A stretch of DNA of 64,000 bases from Acidimicrobiia bacterium (GTDB taxonomy: Bacteria; Actinomycetota; Acidimicrobiia; Acidimicrobiales; Bin134). Within the stretch, counting starts at the first letter, position 1. Every line of letters starts with the position of its first letter. Location: contig JAJDYE010000040.1 in NCBI GenBank assembly GCA_022822905.1, positions 262-64,261 of the forward strand. The letters run 5' to 3'. Below are positions 40,742 to 51,390 of the stretch, piece after piece. A program made the translations under genes and the position numbers. The notes below the pieces were generated by a model. That model was not told the origin of the DNA, did not search any database, and saw only the letters and a program-made list of their open reading frames with translations.

Positions 40742-41563
40742 ATGGCCGATTGGACCGTAGAACCGTTCGGGGGAGTGCTCGGGGCCCGGGTGACCGGCAT
40801 CGACCTGCGGGAACCGCTGGCCAACGGTGAGCGCGACGATCTCTACAAGCACCTGCTGGAGCATCTGGTGCTGGTATTCCCCGGTCAGTCCATTGACGAC
40901 TCTCACCAGATGGAATTGCTGGCCCCTTGGGGCCGGCCCTACATCCATCCCATCGGCCGGGTGGCGGGGGCGGTGGAGGCCAAGGTGGAGCGCATCGTGG
41001 ACGATGAAGAGCGCCCGCCCTACCAGGACAAGTGGCACACCGATGTGACCTGGGATCCCGACCCGCCGATTCTGGGCACGCTGCGGGCCATAGAGATGCC
41101 AGCCCGGGGCGGCGACACCATTTTTGCCAGCATGTACGCGGCCTACGACGGCCTGTCGGAGACCTTGCGGGATCGCCTGGAGGGGATCAGCGCCTGGCAT
41201 CACATGGGGGCGGGCCAGTCGTTCAAGTCCAAGGCCGGGGTGGAGCTGTATGACCGCACCAAGGAGCAGTTCCCGGGCACCGAGCGTCCGGTGATTGCCG
41301 TCCACCCCGATACCGGCCGCCGCTATCTCAACGTGAACAAGAATTTCACCAGCCATCTGGTGGGCTTCAACCGGGCCGAGAGCGACGCGGTGCTCGACTG
41401 CCTCTATGAGCACGCCACCCAGCCCAACTACACCATCCGCTACGAGTGGGCCGAGGGCGACGTGATCTTGTGGGACGAGCGCTGCACCCAGCACTTCGCG
41501 GTGGCCGACCACTATCCCCAGCGCCGGGAAATGGCCCGCCTCACCGTCTCGGCCCCCGCCTGA
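40742..41563 (+). CDS. TauD/TfdA Fe(II)/2OG dioxygenase
   Basis: WHTD, GGDTIF, HPDTGR, WDERCTQH. Confidence 0.9.
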   Translation: MADWTVEPFGGVLGARVTGIDLREPLANGERDDLYKHLLEHLVLVFPGQSIDDSHQMELLAPWGRPYIHPIGRVAGAVEAKVERIVDDEERPPYQDKWHTDVTWDPDPPILGTLRAIEMPARGGDTIFASMYAAYDGLSETLRDRLEGISAWHHMGAGQSFKSKAGVELYDRTKEQFPGTERPVIAVHPDTGRRYLNVNKNFTSHLVGFNRAESDAVLDCLYEHATQPNYTIRYEWAEGDVILWDERCTQHFAVADHYPQRREMARLTVSAPA

Positions 41564-41616
41564 TCGCCTCTTCGTCGCTCCTGAGCGAACTTGATGATGG
41601 TGGCTAGGCTGCGCCA

Positions 41617-42672
41617 GTGATGTTCGACGACGAGAAGTTCGACGTAGAAGCGGCGGCGGCTGGGGCATGGGCTCCCAGCCGGTATGGGTCCGACGACATG
41701 CTGGGCACCTACAACGAGGTCACCGAGCAGAAGCGGGCCGACGCCTTGGGGATGCTGGATCTGACCAGGCCGATTCGCACTTATTCGATGGGCGACGGCA
41801 TTTGGCCCGGCTATCCCGCCTACAGCACCCGGGAGTTCGCTCAGAAGCTGGTGATCGCCGGATATGACCCCGGCGATGGTTTCGAGGGCGAGATCATCAG
41901 CGGCACTCAAGGGCTGGGACCTTCGAAGTTGGGGTATTCCGAGGAGCGGGTGTCGTACACCTTCAACATGAGCACCAAGATCAACGGCTTCACCCACGCC
42001 GCGGTGGACGGCACCTTCTACAACGGCCACCAGGGCACGGATCTGGCCCGCACCGACGGGGTGACCGCCATGGACGTTCCCTCATGGGGGGCGCCGCTGC
42101 TCACGCGGGGACTGATGATTGATGTGTCCGCCCAGGTTGCGGCGACCACCGGTGATGTGGAGACGAACCAGGCCGGGCTGCCTCGGCTCACCGACCAACA
42201 CCGCATCACTGTTGAGCAGATCGAGGGGGCTTGGGAGCGCCAAGGCCTGCCTGATCCCGAGCCGGGCGACGCTCTGTGTCTGCGCACCGGGTGGATCAGC
42301 CTTTCTCGGGAGGACCCCGAGCGGTTCCTGTCTGGATCGCCCGGGCCGTGGATCGCCGAGAACAAGTGGTTGGCCTCCCACCGTCCGGCGCTGGTGTCCA
42401 CCGACAGCTGGATGTGGGGCTTCTACGACTTCGAGGCCACCGAGGGGTGGATGTCGGTGGGCCACCAGCTCATGCTGGTGAAAGAGGGCATCCGCCTGGG
42501 GGAGTCGCTGAGCTGCGAGGAGGTCGCCGCCGCCGAGGTGGACCGGTTCGTTTTCTGCCACTCCCCGTTCCGGGCCAAGGGGTCCACCTCGTGCTCGTCG
42601 CCCCCCATGGCTATTGCCAACCCACCCATTGCCAACCCACCAGGCGCCAACCCACCGGAGGAATCATCATGA
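41617..42672 (+). CDS. Cyclase family protein
   Basis: YGSDD.LGT.N, TRG, GD.L.LRTGW, H..LV..G...GE. Confidence 0.75.
   Translation: MMFDDEKFDVEAAAAGAWAPSRYGSDDMLGTYNEVTEQKRADALGMLDLTRPIRTYSMGDGIWPGYPAYSTREFAQKLVIAGYDPGDGFEGEIISGTQGLGPSKLGYSEERVSYTFNMSTKINGFTHAAVDGTFYNGHQGTDLARTDGVTAMDVPSWGAPLLTRGLMIDVSAQVAATTGDVETNQAGLPRLTDQHRITVEQIEGAWERQGLPDPEPGDALCLRTGWISLSREDPERFLSGSPGPWIAENKWLASHRPALVSTDSWMWGFYDFEATEGWMSVGHQLMLVKEGIRLGESLSCEEVAAAEVDRFVFCHSPFRAKGSTSCSSPPMAIANPPIANPPGANPPEESS
42613..42656. repeat. 15-bp tandem repeat x3 (IANPP) at the cyclase 3' end
   Basis: attgccaacccaccc attgccaacccacca ggcgccaacccacc. Confidence 0.8.
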
Positions 42673-43523
42673 GCATCTTGGAAGGATCACCCCTGGCCGG
42701 GAAGGTGGCTTTAGTCACCGGGGCCAGCCGGGGTATCGGCAAGGGCTGTGCCTTGGAGCTGGCTGCCGCCGGGGCTTCGGTGTACATCACCGGACGTACA
42801 ACAGGTACTGGCCAGCATCCGCTACCTGGCACAGTGGGAGGCACCGCGGAGGAGATCACCGCAGCGGGGGGTACCGCTACCGCGGTGGCCTGCGACCACC
42901 GCGACGACGATGCGGTGCGGGCGGTGTTCGACCGGATTGCCGAAGAACAGGGCCGCTTGGACGTGCTGGTGAACAACGCCTTTGCCATTCCCGACGAGCT
43001 GACCGCCATGCTGCCCTTCTGGGAGGTGCCCATCTCCAACTGGGACGACATGATGGACGTGGGCACCCGATCGGCCTACGTGGCCTCGGTGCAGGCCGCC
43101 CCGGTGATGATCGACCAAGGCGACGGCCTGATCGCCAACATCAGCTCGTCGGGGGCCACAGAGTACGCCTGGCATGTGGCCTACGGGGTGGGCAAGTGCG
43201 CCCTCGACCGTATGACCGCCGACTGCGCCCGCGAGCTCGGGGACACCGGTGTGTCGATGGTGTCGGTGTGGCCCGGGTTCGTGCGCACCGAGCGCATCGA
43301 TGTGGCCGTCGACTCTGGGGTTGAACTGCCGCCGAGCTTGGACCTGTCGGCGGCCGAATCGCCCCGGTTCACCGGCCGGGCGGTGACCGCCTTGGCCGTC
43401 GACGCCGAGAGGTCCCGCTACACCGGCCAAGCCGTGGCAGCCCGAGACATGGCCGATGCCTATGGGTTCACCGACATCGACGGCCGCCTCCCTGCCGGCC
43501 CCCTCCACGACCGCACCGGTTAG
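42669..43523 (+). CDS. Short-chain dehydrogenase/reductase
   Basis: TGASRGIG, NNA, YGVGK. Confidence 0.9.
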   Translation: MSILEGSPLAGKVALVTGASRGIGKGCALELAAAGASVYITGRTTGTGQHPLPGTVGGTAEEITAAGGTATAVACDHRDDDAVRAVFDRIAEEQGRLDVLVNNAFAIPDELTAMLPFWEVPISNWDDMMDVGTRSAYVASVQAAPVMIDQGDGLIANISSSGATEYAWHVAYGVGKCALDRMTADCARELGDTGVSMVSVWPGFVRTERIDVAVDSGVELPPSLDLSAAESPRFTGRAVTALAVDAERSRYTGQAVAARDMADAYGFTDIDGRLPAGPLHDRTG

Positions 43524-43531
43524 CCGCTGTT

Positions 43532-44659
43532 ATGACCGCCGTGGAGCCGTTCACCATCGAGGTGCCCGATGAGGTGCTCGACGACCTGCACCGCCGCTTG
43601 GACGCCACCCGGTGGTTCGACCCGCTGCCCGGTGCCGGATGGAACGAGGGCACCGACCTGGACTACCTCAAAGAGCTGTGCCGCTACTGGCGCCATGAGT
43701 ACGACTGGCGGGCCATCGAAGCCGAGCTCAACCGGTTTCCCCAGTACACCACGGTCATCGACAACCAGAACTTGCATTTCATCCACGCCCGCAGCCGCAA
43801 TCCGGACGCCATGGCCCTGGTCATCCACCACGGTTGGCCCGGCTCCATCACCGAGTTCGCCAAGGTGATCGAGCCGCTCCGGGAGCACTTCCACGTGGTG
43901 TGCCCGTCGCTGCCCGGTTACGGCTTCTCGGGGCCTACTTCTGAGCCGGGCTGGACGCCCCGGCGCATGGCCGCGGCCTCCCTTGAGCTGATGAGCCGCC
44001 TGGGCTACGAGCGGTTCGGCGCCCAGGGCGGGGACTGGGGAGCGATGGTCACCGCCCAGATGGCACTCCAGGCCCCGGAACGACTCACAGGCATCCATCT
44101 GAACCTGATAATCGCTTCTGAGCCTCCGCCCGGAGCAGTGCGCGACCTGACTGATGAGGAGAGGGCAGCCCGGTCTGAAGGCCGGACTCGCAACCAGGTG
44201 GAGCGGGGCTACCGGGAGCAGCAGGCCACCCGCCCGCAGACCTTGTCGGTTGGCTTGAACGACTCCCCGGCCGGACTGGCTGCCTGGATCGTCGAGAAGT
44301 TCCTGGCTTGGAGCGACATCGGCCCCGACAACGACATCGAGGCCAGCTTCAGCAAAGACGAGCTGCTCACCAACGTGATGGTTTATTGGGTGACCGGCAC
44401 CATCGCCTCGGCCAACCGGCTCTACTACGAGACCCGAATCGGGGGCCGAGGATCCTCGGCCCCCGACAGGCAGGTGGAGGTGCCCACCGCCTACGCCCGC
44501 TTCCCCGGCGATGGTATTTTCCCGGCTCGTCCATGGGTGGAGTACTGGTACAACATCACCCGCTGGACAGAGATGCCCCGCGGCGGCCACTTCGCCTCCC
44601 TCGAAGCCCCCGATCTGTACATTGACGACGTCACTGACTACTTCGGCGCTTTGAGCTGA
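43532..44659 (+). CDS. Epoxide hydrolase
   Basis: HGWPGS, GGDWG, GGHFA. Confidence 0.92.
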   Translation: MTAVEPFTIEVPDEVLDDLHRRLDATRWFDPLPGAGWNEGTDLDYLKELCRYWRHEYDWRAIEAELNRFPQYTTVIDNQNLHFIHARSRNPDAMALVIHHGWPGSITEFAKVIEPLREHFHVVCPSLPGYGFSGPTSEPGWTPRRMAAASLELMSRLGYERFGAQGGDWGAMVTAQMALQAPERLTGIHLNLIIASEPPPGAVRDLTDEERAARSEGRTRNQVERGYREQQATRPQTLSVGLNDSPAGLAAWIVEKFLAWSDIGPDNDIEASFSKDELLTNVMVYWVTGTIASANRLYYETRIGGRGSSAPDRQVEVPTAYARFPGDGIFPARPWVEYWYNITRWTEMPRGGHFASLEAPDLYIDDVTDYFGALS

Positions 44660-44747
44660 CCCCGTTTGCTTTGGGGGAGGCTCTAGGGCATGACGGGCAA
44701 TTGGTCTGCTTAGCTGAGGGAGGTGGGCGTGTGATGAACTTGCCGGC

Positions 44748-45743
44748 GTGCCTACGCTGCATGATGTTGATTACACCCTTGAGTACCCCTACACCCGCAC
44801 CACCGGTCCGGTCATCGGCCCGTTTCTGACCGGATTGCGCGACGGCCGCATTCTCGGACAGCGCTGCGGTGACCGGGTGCTGTGCCCGCCCATGGAGTTC
44901 GATCCGGACACCTTCGCCACGCTTGAGCCCGACCTTGTGGAGGTTGGCCCCGGCGGGGAGGTGGTGAACTGGACCTGGGTGGCCGAGCCCTCGGCCAAAC
45001 ACCCCTTCGACCGGCCCTTCGGCTTCGCCTTCATCAAGCTGGACGGGGCCCACACCTCCCTGGTGCATGCGGTGGACACCGGGGGCGACCCCGAGGCCAT
45101 GAGCACCGGGATGAGGGTGCAGGCCCAGTTCCGAGACGAGCGCCACGGCTCTGTTGCCGACGTGTACTTCGTGCCCGAGGCCGACGCCGCCGAGCAGGTG
45201 ATTCAGCCGGGCGACGAGCCGGTGACCATCACCGAGCACCTCATCGGCCTGCGCATCACCGAGCCGCTGTACCCCCACCGGGCCCGGTTCGCCCAAGGGC
45301 TGCTGGACGGCAAGATCATCGGCCAGCGCAGCCCGGTCACCGGCAAGGTGTATGTGCCGGGTCGGGGCTACGACAACATGTCCCGGGTGCTGATGAGCGA
45401 ATCCGACGAGGTGGAAGTGTCCGACGTGGGCACCGTGGTGGCGTTCACCGAGCTGAACCCGGTGCAGTACTACGGCCAGACCGAGACCGAGCCCTATGTG
45501 CGGTGCTCGATCCTGTTCGACGGGACCGACCAGCCGGTGATCGGCATCGACATCCGCGACATGACGGTGGACGAGATGCGGGTGGGGATGCGGATGCGCT
45601 GCATCTGGCGCGACCCCGAGGAGCGGTCGGTGACCGACATCGACAACCGCTACGGCAACATTCCCGAAACGGTGTACGCCCGGTTCGAGCCCACCGGTGA
45701 GCCCGACATTCCCGCCGACGAGCTGAAAGAGCACTCATGGTAA
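44748..45743 (+). CDS. Double Zn-ribbon/OB-fold (DUF35) thiolase partner, Rv3521-like
   Basis: YTRTTGPVIGPFLTGL, IKLDGA, GMRV repeated. Confidence 0.8.
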   Translation: MPTLHDVDYTLEYPYTRTTGPVIGPFLTGLRDGRILGQRCGDRVLCPPMEFDPDTFATLEPDLVEVGPGGEVVNWTWVAEPSAKHPFDRPFGFAFIKLDGAHTSLVHAVDTGGDPEAMSTGMRVQAQFRDERHGSVADVYFVPEADAAEQVIQPGDEPVTITEHLIGLRITEPLYPHRARFAQGLLDGKIIGQRSPVTGKVYVPGRGYDNMSRVLMSESDEVEVSDVGTVVAFTELNPVQYYGQTETEPYVRCSILFDGTDQPVIGIDIRDMTVDEMRVGMRMRCIWRDPEERSVTDIDNRYGNIPETVYARFEPTGEPDIPADELKEHSW

Positions 45744-46804
45744 GCCTGGCTGAAGACGTGGCCATCGTCGCGTTCGAGCAGACCCCTTCTCACGCCCATT
45801 TCAACGACAGCGAGCCGGCCATGATCATGCCGTGCGTGAACTCGGTGATCGAGCAGGTTGGGATGGACCGCCACGACATCGACTTCACTATCGCCGGCAG
45901 CTGCGACTACCTGTCGGGGATGCCGTTCGCCTTCGTCATGAACATCGACGCGGTGGGGGCGTGGCCCCCCGTCTATGAGAGCCACGTGGAGATGGACGGC
46001 GCCTGGGCCCTGTTCGAGGGGTTCGTGCGACTCCAGTCGGGCGATATCGACACGGTGCTGGTGTCGGGCTCGGGCAAGTGCTCGCCGGGCAGCTACCGGG
46101 AGGGGTTCTCGCTCCAGACCGACCCCTATGTGCATGCCCCCATCGGCCTGGACCCCCGGACTCAGGCCGGGTTCCAAGCCCAGGCGCTCATCGCCGCGGG
46201 CAAGGCCACCGAGAGGGACTTCGCCGAGGTGGTGGCCCGCAGCCATGCCAACGCCAAGGACAACCCCTATGCCCAGCTCAGCGGCGACCTGTCGGTGGAC
46301 GAGTTGCTGGCCGAGCCCTACTTGCAGCAGCCACTGCGCCGCCTCGACTGCCCGCCCACCAGCGACGGTGCCGCGGCCATGGTCATCGCCCGAGCCGACA
46401 AGGCCCGGGAGCTGTGCGACAACCCGGTGTGGATCCGGGCCATCGACCACCGCATCGATTCGCACCACCCCACTCTGCGGGACCTCACCGACTCCCCGTC
46501 GGCGCGCATCGCGGCCGATCGGGTGGGCCTCCACGACGGCCCGGTGGACATCGCCGAGCTGACCGTGACCTACAGCCCTGAGGAGATCATCCTGCGCGAT
46601 GCCCTAGGCCTCAATGGCGAGACCTCGGTGAACCCGTCGGGCGGGCCGCTCACCGGCAGCCCGTTCATGGCGGTGGGCCTCACTCGGGTGATCGAACTGG
46701 CCCGGGCCATCCGCAACGGCGATGGCGGCCGGGGCGTGGCCCACGCCTCCAGCGGCCCGGCCCTGCAACAGAACCTGCTCTGCGTCTTGGAAGGAGACGG
46801 ATAA
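45737..46804 (+). CDS. Thiolase-like protein (Ltp4-like)
   Basis: GSCDYLSG, ESHVEMDGAWAL, NPSGG, SGPALQQN. Confidence 0.8.
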   Translation: MVSLAEDVAIVAFEQTPSHAHFNDSEPAMIMPCVNSVIEQVGMDRHDIDFTIAGSCDYLSGMPFAFVMNIDAVGAWPPVYESHVEMDGAWALFEGFVRLQSGDIDTVLVSGSGKCSPGSYREGFSLQTDPYVHAPIGLDPRTQAGFQAQALIAAGKATERDFAEVVARSHANAKDNPYAQLSGDLSVDELLAEPYLQQPLRRLDCPPTSDGAAAMVIARADKARELCDNPVWIRAIDHRIDSHHPTLRDLTDSPSARIAADRVGLHDGPVDIAELTVTYSPEEIILRDALGLNGETSVNPSGGPLTGSPFMAVGLTRVIELARAIRNGDGGRGVAHASSGPALQQNLLCVLEGDG

Positions 46805-46850
46805 TGCTCTCGAAGAATGCGCAAGGCTCTATCGCGGAGAGGACGATCTA

Positions 46851-48008
46851 ATGGCTCCACGACCTTGTGCTGTCATCGGTGTCGGCCAGACCAAGTACAA
46901 GCGCCGGCGTGACGATGTGACCTTGGACGGCCTGGTGCGGGAGGCCGCCCTCCGGGCCTTGGAAGACGCCGGGGCCACCTTCGACGACATCGACGCCATC
47001 GTGATCGGCAAGGCGCCTGACGCCCTCGAAGGCGTGATGATGCCGCTGCTGAGCCTGTGCGACGCGCTGGGCGCGATCGGCAAGCCCATCCACCGGGTCC
47101 ACACCGCGGGGTCGGTGGGGGCGTCCACCGCCATCTCGGCCGTGAACCTGGTGGAATCGGGGATGTACGACACCGTGCTGACCATCGCCTATGAGAAGCA
47201 GTCGGAGGGCAACGCCACCTGGGCGCTGTCGGGCGGCAAGAGCGGCGGCCAGGGCGCGGGCGGCACATTCGCCCCGTGGATCCGCAACTACATCGCCCGC
47301 TCCCAGGCGCCCGAGCACATCGGGTGGATGGTGGCGGTGAAGGACCGGCTCAACGCCCTCAAAAACCCCTACGCCCACCTGCATCTGCCCGACATCTCCA
47401 TTGAGAAGGTGCGGGAGTCGCCCATGCTGTGGGACCCGCTGCACTTCTTGGAGTCGTGCCCCTCCTCGGATGGGGCCGCCGCGGTGGTGCTGGGCAACGA
47501 CGACATCGCCAAGAAGTCGGGCCGTCCGCCGGCGTGGGTTATCTCCCACGCCAAGCGCACCGAGTTCGGCCAGTTCCCTGGGCGCGACACGGTGCGGCCC
47601 CAAGCTGGGGTGGAGTGCTCGGAGGCCCTGTACCGCAAGGCGGGCATCACCAACCCCCGGGAGCAGATCGACTGTGCCGAGCTGTACGTGCCGTTCTCTT
47701 GGTATGAGCCCATGTGGCTGGAAGGGCACCTCATCGCTGAGGAGGGCGAGGGGTGGAAGATGACCGACGCCGGCGACACCGAGCTGGGCGGATCGTTCCC
47801 GGTGAACATGTCGGGCGGCGTTTTGTCGTCCAATCCCATCGGAGCATCGGGCATGATCCGCTGTCTTGAGGCGGCCAACCAGGTGAGGGGCACCGCCGGC
47901 GAGTACCAGGTGCCGGGGGCCAAGATCTCCATCGGCCACGCCTACGGCGGTGCTGCCCAGTACTACGCCATGTGGATGGTGTCGTCTGAGCTGAATCCGG
48001 AGTTCTAA
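46851..48008 (+). CDS. Thiolase-like protein (Ltp3-like)
   Basis: GKAPD, TAGSVG, CPSSDGA, ELYVPFSW, HAYGG. Confidence 0.82.
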   Translation: MAPRPCAVIGVGQTKYKRRRDDVTLDGLVREAALRALEDAGATFDDIDAIVIGKAPDALEGVMMPLLSLCDALGAIGKPIHRVHTAGSVGASTAISAVNLVESGMYDTVLTIAYEKQSEGNATWALSGGKSGGQGAGGTFAPWIRNYIARSQAPEHIGWMVAVKDRLNALKNPYAHLHLPDISIEKVRESPMLWDPLHFLESCPSSDGAAAVVLGNDDIAKKSGRPPAWVISHAKRTEFGQFPGRDTVRPQAGVECSEALYRKAGITNPREQIDCAELYVPFSWYEPMWLEGHLIAEEGEGWKMTDAGDTELGGSFPVNMSGGVLSSNPIGASGMIRCLEAANQVRGTAGEYQVPGAKISIGHAYGGAAQYYAMWMVSSELNPEF

Positions 48009-48010
48009 CC

Positions 48011-48910
48011 ATGCCCGGAATAGCCGACGGCCGGGTGGTGGTGATCACCGGGGCGGCCCGGGGGCTGGGCCGAGCCCACGCCCTGGAGTTCGCCGCCGAG
48101 GGGGCCCGAGTGCTGGTCAACGACCTGGGGGTGGAGCGCGACGGCTCGGGCGGCGCGTCGGAACCGGCTCGAGAGGTGGTGGCCGAGATCCGGGCCATGG
48201 GGGGCGAGGCCGAGGCCAACGCCGCCGATGTGGCCGACTGGGATCAAGCCGAGGCCATGATCGCCCAGGCCATCGACACGTGGGGCCGCCTCGACACGCT
48301 GGTGTGCAACGCGGGCTTTTTGCGCGACCGGATGCTGGCCAACATGAGCGAACCGGAATGGGACGCCATCATGCGGGTCCACCTCAAGGGCCACTTCGCC
48401 CCGGCCCGCCACGCCGTGGCCCACTGGCGGGATCGGTCCAAGGCCGGTGAGAACGTGCGAGGACGGCTCATCAACACCAGCTCGGGCGCCGGTCTGTTGG
48501 GCTCCATCGGCCAGGGCAATTACGCCGCGGCCAAGGCCGGGGTGGCGGCGCTGACCATCCAGCAGGCGGCGGAGTGGGGCCGCTACGGGGTGGCGGTGAA
48601 CGCCATCGCCCCCGACGCCCGCACCCGCATGACCGCCGGGATCATGTACGAGGAAGAGGCCCCCGAGGGCTGGGACGAGAAGGATCCGGCCAATGCCTCG
48701 CCGCTAGTGGTGTGGCTGGGCTCGGATGCGTGCGACGTGACCGGGCGGGTGTTCGAGATCGCCGGCGGGGCCCTCAACGTGTGCGACGGCTGGCAGCACG
48801 GCCACGTCGTGGATGTGGGGCGCAAGTTTGCTGCTGCTGAGGTTGGTGACGCGGTACACGCTTCTATTGCTGGTTCGCCGGAGCCGGCGCCGGTCTACGG
48901 AGCGAGCTAG
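48011..48910 (+). CDS. SDR oxidoreductase (Rv3548c-like)
   Basis: TGAARGLG, VHLKGHF, YAAAK. Confidence 0.88.
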   Translation: MPGIADGRVVVITGAARGLGRAHALEFAAEGARVLVNDLGVERDGSGGASEPAREVVAEIRAMGGEAEANAADVADWDQAEAMIAQAIDTWGRLDTLVCNAGFLRDRMLANMSEPEWDAIMRVHLKGHFAPARHAVAHWRDRSKAGENVRGRLINTSSGAGLLGSIGQGNYAAAKAGVAALTIQQAAEWGRYGVAVNAIAPDARTRMTAGIMYEEEAPEGWDEKDPANASPLVVWLGSDACDVTGRVFEIAGGALNVCDGWQHGHVVDVGRKFAAAEVGDAVHASIAGSPEPAPVYGAS

Positions 48911-50130
48911 CTGGGTATATCCCGGAAAGGGACGCCCTTGTCGACTCGGATGTCGGGGGGCAGGCCCAGCACTTTCTCGCCGATGGTGTTGCGCTGGATG
49001 TTGTCGGTGCCGCCGCCGATGCGCGACGCCCACTGGCCCAGGAACTCGTATTGCCAGCGCCCCTCGTCTCGGGCGTTGTCGCCGTGGAGCATCCCGGCGG
49101 CGCCGTTCATGGCCATCACCAAGTCGCCCATCTCTCCGAAGTGCAGCGAGATGGCCAGCTTCATGGTGGAGCTCTCCGGGCCGGGCAGCTCGCCCCGGCT
49201 GGTGGCGGTGCGAACCCGGTACCCCTGATATTTGAGGATCTCCATGCGGGTGTAGGTCTTGGCCAGCTCCTGGCGGATTACCGGATCCTGGTCGGTGCCG
49301 GTCTGCTGGGCCAGCTTGACCAGCTCGTTGAACCGGGTCCGAGCGTTTGACCCGCCGATCAGGGCCCGCTCGTTGGACAGGGTGGTCATGATCGGCCCCC
49401 AGCCGGTGTTGACCCCGCCGAGGATGTTCTCGTGGGGGATCCGCACATCCGACAAGAACACCTCGTTGAAGTGGGCCGCACCGGTGATCTGCACCAGCGG
49501 GCGCACCTCGATGCCGGGGGTGTTCATGTCCACCAGGAAATAGGTGATGCCCCGGTGCTTGGGCTGGTCGGGGTCGGTGCGGGTCAGCAGAATGCCCCAG
49601 TCGCTGTACTGGGCGCCTGAGGTCCACACCTTCTGGCCGTTCACCACCCACTCGTCGCCGTCGCGCACCGCGGTGGTCCGCAACCCGCCCAGATCTGATC
49701 CGGCCACCGGCTCGGAGAACAGCTGGCACCACACCTCCTCGCCCTTGAGCATGGCGGGCAGGAACCGCTCCTTTTGGGCGTCGGTGCCGTGGCCGATGAT
49801 GGTGGGGCCGGCCATGCCGATGCCCACCGCGAACACCCCGGTGGCCGCCACCCGCTTGGCCTCCTCCTCTTTGAAGATGCCCTCGTGGATGCCGCTCAGC
49901 CCCTTGCCTCCATATTCGACAGGCCAGGTGATGGAGCCCCAGCCGCCGTCAAATTTGGTGCGCTGCCAGGCCTTGCACCGGGCCACGTAGGCGTTCTCGA
50001 CGTCCGGATCGGAGATGGTGATGGCTGTCTGGTCACGGGCGCCGCCACCGTCAGGGGGGATGTTGGCATCCAGCCACTCAATGCACTCGGCTCGAAAGGC
50101 GGCTTCTTGGGGGGTCTCGTCGAAGTCCAT
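48907..50130 (-). CDS. Acyl-CoA dehydrogenase
   Basis: WCQLFSEPVAGSDL, NGQKVWTS, FNEVF, IGGGTDNIQRN. Confidence 0.92.
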   Translation of the reverse strand: MDFDETPQEAAFRAECIEWLDANIPPDGGGARDQTAITISDPDVENAYVARCKAWQRTKFDGGWGSITWPVEYGGKGLSGIHEGIFKEEEAKRVAATGVFAVGIGMAGPTIIGHGTDAQKERFLPAMLKGEEVWCQLFSEPVAGSDLGGLRTTAVRDGDEWVVNGQKVWTSGAQYSDWGILLTRTDPDQPKHRGITYFLVDMNTPGIEVRPLVQITGAAHFNEVFLSDVRIPHENILGGVNTGWGPIMTTLSNERALIGGSNARTRFNELVKLAQQTGTDQDPVIRQELAKTYTRMEILKYQGYRVRTATSRGELPGPESSTMKLAISLHFGEMGDLVMAMNGAAGMLHGDNARDEGRWQYEFLGQWASRIGGGTDNIQRNTIGEKVLGLPPDIRVDKGVPFRDIPS

Positions 50131-50242
50131 GCCGTGATGATGGTAGCCAGAGGGTTCTGGGCAGACCCCACCGGACAGCCAGGCAAACAGCCGTGTTTTC
50201 CAGCATTCGGGCTCGACAGGCCGGGGGTGCTTCAATGGCGGC

Positions 50243-51379
50243 GTGAAATTCTCCATGATCTTCGAAGCCCAGATGGCCGATCCGTCCCGCGAGGTTGAGC
50301 AGCAGGTCATCCGAGACTGCGTGGATCAGGCGGTGTTGGCCGAGGAGGTGGGTTTCGACCGGGTGTGGGCGGTGGAGCACCACTGCTTGAAGTGGTACGC
50401 CCACATGAGCGCTCCTGAGATCTTCTTGACCTGGGTGGCAGCTCGCACGTCCCGTATCCGCATCGGCCACGGGGTGGTGTGCATGCCGTTCGGCTACAAC
50501 CACCCGCTGCGGGCGGCGGAGCGCATAGCCATGCTGGATGTGCTGTCGGACGGGCGGTTGGACGTGGGTGCGGGCCGGGGGGCCACCCTCCAGGAGATGT
50601 CGGCGTTCGGGGTGAAGCCCGAGGACACCTATGCCCAGGTGGAGGAGTCGCTGCGGATCATCTCCAACTGCTGGCGCGACGACGAGTTTGAGTGGGACGG
50701 CCTGCTGGACATCTCACCCCACCCGATTTTGCCTCGGCCGGTGCAAGACCCTCATCCGCCGCTGTACCTGGCCTGCACCAAGGTGGACACCGTGCGGCTG
50801 GCCGCCGAGTTGGGCATTGGGGCGCTGGTGCTGGGGTTTGCCGGCGCCGACGAGATCCGCCTGATGAAGGAGACCTACGACGAGGCCATCGCCACCCGCA
50901 CCGGGGAGCGATTCGTGAGCGACCACCCCAACAACTGGTTCTCGGCGCTATGCCCCACCACGATCCTCGACGACCGGGACGAGGCTTTCCGCATTGGAGC
51001 CCGGGGCCAGCGGTTCTTCGCCGAGGCCATCATGCACTGGAACCTGGGCACACCGCCGCCGAGGGTCGGATCAGCCGACGAGGACACCGCCGCGGCCATC
51101 GACGAGGCGGTGGGCAACGTTCACGCCAAGATCAGCGAGATGAACATCCCGCTCAGCCCCAACGCCACCAGCACCTTCAACATCGAGCACGCCTACGGGA
51201 ACTACGAAGACGCCATCCGCTACGTGAGCGAGCTCGAGGCCATCGGCTGCGACGAGATCATGTGCATGATCCAAATGGGCACCATCCCCCAGGAGGTCAT
51301 GCTGGAAACCATCCGCCAGTTCGGCCACCACGTCATTCCGCACTTCCGCGCCAAAGAGAAGGCGGCCGTTCCGGCCTAG
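50243..51379 (+). CDS. LLM-class flavin-dependent oxidoreductase
   Basis: WAVEHH, AERIAMLD.LS.GR. Confidence 0.88.
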   Translation: MKFSMIFEAQMADPSREVEQQVIRDCVDQAVLAEEVGFDRVWAVEHHCLKWYAHMSAPEIFLTWVAARTSRIRIGHGVVCMPFGYNHPLRAAERIAMLDVLSDGRLDVGAGRGATLQEMSAFGVKPEDTYAQVEESLRIISNCWRDDEFEWDGLLDISPHPILPRPVQDPHPPLYLACTKVDTVRLAAELGIGALVLGFAGADEIRLMKETYDEAIATRTGERFVSDHPNNWFSALCPTTILDDRDEAFRIGARGQRFFAEAIMHWNLGTPPPRVGSADEDTAAAIDEAVGNVHAKISEMNIPLSPNATSTFNIEHAYGNYEDAIRYVSELEAIGCDEIMCMIQMGTIPQEVMLETIRQFGHHVIPHFRAKEKAAVPA

Positions 51380-51390
51380 CTCGCTCCTAC

